Of a DNA stretch of 64,000 bases, positions 60,066 to 64,000 are shown one piece after another. The translations under genes were made by a program, and so were the position numbers. Positions within the stretch are counted from its first letter, which is position 1. Each line of letters starts with the position of its first letter. The notes below the pieces were generated by a model, which saw only the letters and a list, made by a program, of their open reading frames with translations, was not told the origin of the DNA and ran no database searches. Source of the stretch: Candidatus Latescibacterota bacterium (lineage in GTDB: Bacteria > Latescibacterota > CBDEFO01); contig CBDEFO010000008.1 of NCBI GenBank assembly GCA_965237525.1, forward strand, positions 1,056,001 to 1,120,000, given 5' to 3'.

Positions 60066-60761
60066 TTATACTTCTGTTCTCATAGCATCGGCGGGTTCCA
60101 TCTTAGCTGCCCTGTAGGAGGGCAGGATCGCCCCGAAAAATGACACTACAAAGCCGATCAAAATAGCCCAACCCGCATATTGCAATATTATTGTGGCCTC
60201 GGGGAAGTACTCGAAGACGTAATCCCCGAAACTGATCATCGAGAGCAATAGACTCAAAGAAAATCCCGTAATAACTCCCATTATCGTGCCTATAAGCCCC
60301 TGAAACATCGACTCCAGGAGAAATAGCTTCACTATGAACGAGTCCAAGGCCCCCAGACACTTCATTGTACCTATCTCTCTGAATCGCTCCGTGACTGACA
60401 TCAGCATTGCGTTGGCTATTCCCACCAGACAGACCAGCAGGGATAAGGCCACAAGCCATGCGTTTTTAGAGTCCTCCTCGCTCGTATCGGCATCAGGGCC
60501 TGTCTGTATCCTTTTCTGCTGGAGCAGCAGATTTACGTCTGCGTCATTTGCCTCTCTGAGGGACACTACTATAGAATTATTCGTCCATATAGACATCAGG
60601 AACGCTATCGCCAATACGATGCCGCTCATGGTGATGAGTGAACGCCCAAGTCTTACCTTGATGCCCTTGACACTGATTTCGACCGCTTTGCTCCACGGCA
60701 GAACGATCTGTTTTCCAATTGTTATTCTGCTGGCGTCTGATATCCTTTCAGTCGCTGCCAA
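60066..60761 (-). CDS. FtsX-like ABC permease
   Basis: GIANAMLMSVTERFREIGTMKCLGA, PSYRAAKMEPADAMR. Confidence 0.88.
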   Translation of the reverse strand: MAATERISDASRITIGKQIVLPWSKAVEISVKGIKVRLGRSLITMSGIVLAIAFLMSIWTNNSIVVSLREANDADVNLLLQQKRIQTGPDADTSEEDSKNAWLVALSLLVCLVGIANAMLMSVTERFREIGTMKCLGALDSFIVKLFLLESMFQGLIGTIMGVITGFSLSLLLSMISFGDYVFEYFPEATIILQYAGWAILIGFVVSFFGAILPSYRAAKMEPADAMRTEV

Positions 60762-60807
60762 CTGTGTTTTCCTCCAAGTTTAGATTTGGCAAAGTGTCAG
60801 TGTAATG

Positions 60808-61782
60808 CTAATCAAGAACTTCCGGATTTACTATGTTGGGAGGACGCCGTCCTTCGAGTCCCGCTATAAGGTTCTCCGCTGCCATCACCGCCATTTTTGT
60901 TCTGGTTTCGACTGTGGCGCTGGCTATATGCGGGACTATCACGACGTTGTCCAGGTCAGCCAAACCCGGCTTAAGCTCTGGCTCGTTCTCAAAGACGTCC
61001 AAAGCGGCTCCGGCTATTTCGCCGTCCTTAAGTGCCTTTACAAGCGCTGCCTCGTCTATTACGGGACCTCTGGAGGTGTTGATAAGATAGGCGGTCTTTT
61101 TCATTAAGCCGAATTCACGCTCTCCGATAAGGTGTGTGGTTTGGGGGGATAAGAGGACGTGGGTCGAGATAAAATCCGATTGGGAAAGGAGTTCATCGAG
61201 TTCGACTCTCTTTGCACCCAGCTCTTTTTCCAACGTCTCGTTACCGACTACGTCGCTGTACAGCACGTTCATCCTGAATCCTTTGGACTTGAGAGCCATG
61301 GACTCTCCGACCCTTCCGCATCCGATCACTCCCAGGGTTTTGCCCGTCACATCGTTCCCGAGGAACATCATCGGTCCCCAGCCAGAAAACTTGCCTGCTC
61401 TTGTGAATCTGTCAGCTTCCACGATCCTCCTTGCTATGCTGAACAGCAAGGCCCACGCCATATCCGATGTCGTCTCGGTAAGGACTCCGGGCGTGTTTGT
61501 GACTATTACCTTCTGCCTCGTAGCAGCCTCCACGTCTATGTTATCAAACCCAACGGCGTAATTTGCGAATATCTTTGCGCTCTCTGCTGCAGAGAGCAAT
61601 TCTTCGTCAATAGTGTCCGTCAGAAGGCACAGGATACCATCTCTGCCCTTTACGTTGGAAAGGAGTTCCTCCCTTGAGAGGATCCTGTCTTCGGGATTGA
61701 CATCCATTATGTCACAGTTAGCCTCAACAATGTCCATTGCAGACTGGGGGAGCCTGCGAGTTACATATACGTTCCAGCCCAT
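60808..61782 (-). CDS. D-glycerate dehydrogenase / glyoxylate reductase
   Basis: YAVGFDNID, TNTPGVLT, GCGRVG, INTSRG, LDVFENEP, PHIAS. Confidence 0.92.
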   Translation of the reverse strand: MGWNVYVTRRLPQSAMDIVEANCDIMDVNPEDRILSREELLSNVKGRDGILCLLTDTIDEELLSAAESAKIFANYAVGFDNIDVEAATRQKVIVTNTPGVLTETTSDMAWALLFSIARRIVEADRFTRAGKFSGWGPMMFLGNDVTGKTLGVIGCGRVGESMALKSKGFRMNVLYSDVVGNETLEKELGAKRVELDELLSQSDFISTHVLLSPQTTHLIGEREFGLMKKTAYLINTSRGPVIDEAALVKALKDGEIAGAALDVFENEPELKPGLADLDNVVIVPHIASATVETRTKMAVMAAENLIAGLEGRRPPNIVNPEVLD

Positions 61783-61805
61783 CTTTGATTCTCCCTATTA
61801 AGTGC

Positions 61806-63437
61806 TTATCTTACGTGTCGTGCAGCCTCAGCTTTTTCTCTGTTTTGGACTATAACCAGGGCCTCTTTGAAAAGGTTCAACGCGGCCAGCACCTCTGAAT
61901 CACCTTCTAAATAGACTCTGCCGCTTTCTGTACGACCCCAGGCGATCCTGGCGATCTCAGCTTTTATGCTCCTTTCTATAAAGTTCCTGTCGTTTTCAAA
62001 GTTCTTAGTGTCCTTCTCATCGAACTTAAGTCCGTTAGCTATCAAGAATGCCTTGAACTGGGAAAGCAGCTCATCCTCTGGTACATAAGAGTCTTCCAGA
62101 AATTGCTCAAAGTCACCGGTTCTTATGTCTTTGTTTTCTCTGAGGTATCTGTTAGAAAATTCAAATATATATTTAGGATCACGAAGTTTATATCCAAAGG
62201 TTGTCGGAGTATTTGGCTGGAGTATTATATCCGGTGTGATGCCTCCTCCTCCATAGACTTTGCGGCCGCTTGGTGTGTAATAGACATCTTTATTTGAGAG
62301 GTTTAAACTGTCGGCATCCGCGTTTGTATCTATCCCTTCGTGAATGTACTCCTGTCTGTCTTTGCCCTTGTATGGCCTTTGAATCAGGCGTCCCAGTGGG
62401 GTGTAGTATTTTGCCACTGTAAGCAGCAGAGTGCCTCCTCCATCTTTTTCAAGGGGGAATTGATGCTGGACAAGCCCCTTGCCAAAGCTTGACTGCCCTA
62501 CCACCAGTCCTCTGTCTTGGTCCTGAATCGCGCCGGAGACTATCTCAGACGCACTGGCACTGCTGTGGTTGATCATAACTATAAGTGGAGGTCTCCAATC
62601 ATCTTGGCCCTTGTGGGCATCGTACTCGCGATTGTTGGCCTGGTATTTTCCCTTAGTATATACGATCTTGCCGTCCCAGAGGAACTTGTCAGCCACCTGC
62701 ACAGCCTGATCAAGAGGACCTCCGCCGTTCCATCTCAGATCGAGTATGAGCCGCTCCATACTCTTCCGTCTAAGATCTTCTATGGCCTCATCTAATTCAA
62801 CAGTTGTAGTGTTCGAAAAGTTGCTCAGCCTTATGTAGCCTGTCCCTGGACGAATCATAAAATAGTAAGATATGCTCTTGAGCGGTATTTCATTCCTTAT
62901 GATGGTGAAGTCCAAAAGATCGTCTTTGCCCTCACGCTTGACAGAGACGTTTACAGGGGTTCCTCGGGATCCTTTGAGTCTTTTTTGAACCTCATCACTG
63001 GTTATCCCGAGGGCCGATTCTCCGTCTATCTTTACGATCTTGTCCCAGGGTTTGAGTCCGACCTTATAAGCCGGGGTTCCCTCAATAGGGAACATGACCG
63101 TTAAGGAGTCGTGCATTATATAGTAGCTTATACCTATCCCGTAGAAGTGGCCCTGAAATCTTTCGTTCATCCTCTTGGTCTCTTCCGGAGCAATATAATT
63201 GGAGTGGGGATCGAGGCCTTCCAAGAGGCTTCTTATCATACCCTCCGTCAGATCAACTACATCTACCTCCTCGACGTAGTGGTCTCGGACCTTGACCATA
63301 ATTTCGTTCAAAAGCGCAAGTCTCTGAGCAATATTGGCACTTCTGGATGCCTGAGCCCTCTCTATAGCTATCCATAAAGCTGGCACTGAAATTGCAAAAG
63401 ACAAAACTATAGCGGTCAGTAGGAGTCTCTTTTTCAT
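61806..63437 (-). CDS. S41 family carboxyl-terminal protease (CtpA/Prc-like)
   Basis: LDPHS, PDZ domain, LDLRWNGGG, SASASEI, GKGLVQ, YYTP.GR.IQ, GGGITPD. Confidence 0.93.
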   Translation of the reverse strand: MKKRLLLTAIVLSFAISVPALWIAIERAQASRSANIAQRLALLNEIMVKVRDHYVEEVDVVDLTEGMIRSLLEGLDPHSNYIAPEETKRMNERFQGHFYGIGISYYIMHDSLTVMFPIEGTPAYKVGLKPWDKIVKIDGESALGITSDEVQKRLKGSRGTPVNVSVKREGKDDLLDFTIIRNEIPLKSISYYFMIRPGTGYIRLSNFSNTTTVELDEAIEDLRRKSMERLILDLRWNGGGPLDQAVQVADKFLWDGKIVYTKGKYQANNREYDAHKGQDDWRPPLIVMINHSSASASEIVSGAIQDQDRGLVVGQSSFGKGLVQHQFPLEKDGGGTLLLTVAKYYTPLGRLIQRPYKGKDRQEYIHEGIDTNADADSLNLSNKDVYYTPSGRKVYGGGGITPDIILQPNTPTTFGYKLRDPKYIFEFSNRYLRENKDIRTGDFEQFLEDSYVPEDELLSQFKAFLIANGLKFDEKDTKNFENDRNFIERSIKAEIARIAWGRTESGRVYLEGDSEVLAALNLFKEALVIVQNREKAEAARHVR

Positions 63438-63602
63438 CGAAGTTCACTCCAAAAATAATGAACCCTTTCCGGGTAATTGCAATCACAAGCCATTTAAATG
63501 AATCCCGTCGTCAAAGGGTAGGTAGAAGGATGCCTTTGGTATTTTCTATATACATAATACTAAGAAAATTAGAGAAGATCAAGGGGAAAGTTGTTGGACA
63601 TC

Positions 63603-63646
63603 TTTCAAAGTCTTAAAGATTAAGTTTCAAAGTCTTAAAGATTAAG
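63603..63646. repeat. Perfect 22-bp tandem duplication
   Basis: TTTCAAAGTCTTAAAGATTAAG x2. Confidence 0.85.
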
Positions 63647-63740
63647 CATGTAGATTGCATAGAATCTCGATTTCCCACAGGGTTAAACAGAAGGCATATG
63701 GTGCAGAGTAGTACAACCACTGCGCGAGGTTATATCTCTA

Positions 63741-64000
63741 TTATCTCGCCCTTCTCCTTCTTTTCCTTTCCTGCTCCAATCGGGATCTGTCCTCATCTTT
63801 CAGGAAGAAGGGGACCTTGGAAAGTTTAAAGAGTTTGGATACCTCATTCTGATATGTCTTAAAGGGATCTTTCATATCCAAATATTTGTCACCCTCAAGG
63901 TATATAGAATCCCAATCTATAGCGTATCGGCGGCGGATTCTTTTCTCAGAAAGCTTCCTTACAGCCTGCGCTCTGCCCCTTGCTCTGGTGTTCTGTGGAG
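63741..64000 (-). CDS. C-terminus of a proteasome accessory factor PafA/Dop-family protein (starts beyond the right edge)
   Basis: Manual translation PQNTRARGRAQAV..YAIDWDSIYL..LDMKDPFKTY...RRRAR* resembles the PPxxTRA..R / VDW / DPF motifs of PafA and Dop. Confidence 0.6.
   Translation of the reverse strand, partial: PQNTRARGRAQAVRKLSEKRIRRRYAIDWDSIYLEGDKYLDMKDPFKTYQNEVSKLFKLSKVPFFLKDEDRSRLEQERKRRRRAR

Noticed and set aside
2451..63486. Numerous 60-210 aa ORFs antisense to or nested within well-supported genes
   Set aside because: These are shadow ORFs with no recognisable motifs.

Overview
64-kb window of a Gram-negative bacterial chromosome. A PorV-like barrel, a TolB-like protein with a C-terminal paired DxDGDxxVxxxDF (dockerin/EF-hand-like) tail, several PhyH dioxygenases, lpxK and an MsbA-like ABC transporter together suggest an FCB-group organism such as Latescibacterota (inference). 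Most of it is housekeeping: dnaE, dusB, larB, lpdA, nuoB-C-I-D, gatB, guaA, nadB, lpxK, sucCD, sigma factors and proteases. The gaps between these genes hold many decayed relics (integrase, type III R-M mod/res, IS1595 transposase, amino-acid permease, radA start). Two things stand out. (1) An accessory island at about 13.1-20.5 kb encodes a cytoplasmic PD-(D/E)XK (Cas4/AddB-like) nuclease fused in frame to five capped internalin-type LRR solenoids (about 34 repeats). The repeats are built from shuffled, near-identical 66-bp units that vary mainly at the predicted binding face. An IS, a repeat-flanked membrane ORF and a second LRR gene follow it. This is a candidate LRR-sensor/nuclease immunity system. 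(2) There is a hierarchy of non-autonomous repeats: four copies of a 230-270 bp MITE with CCCGA(A/T)TAATTCA ends and a CTAA target, and a 21-23 nt hairpin (CCCCGATTGAGTCTATCGGGG) that inserts into the MITE, into other repeats and into itself. No rRNA, tRNA or CRISPR array was recognised. Several frameshifts could be assembly errors.
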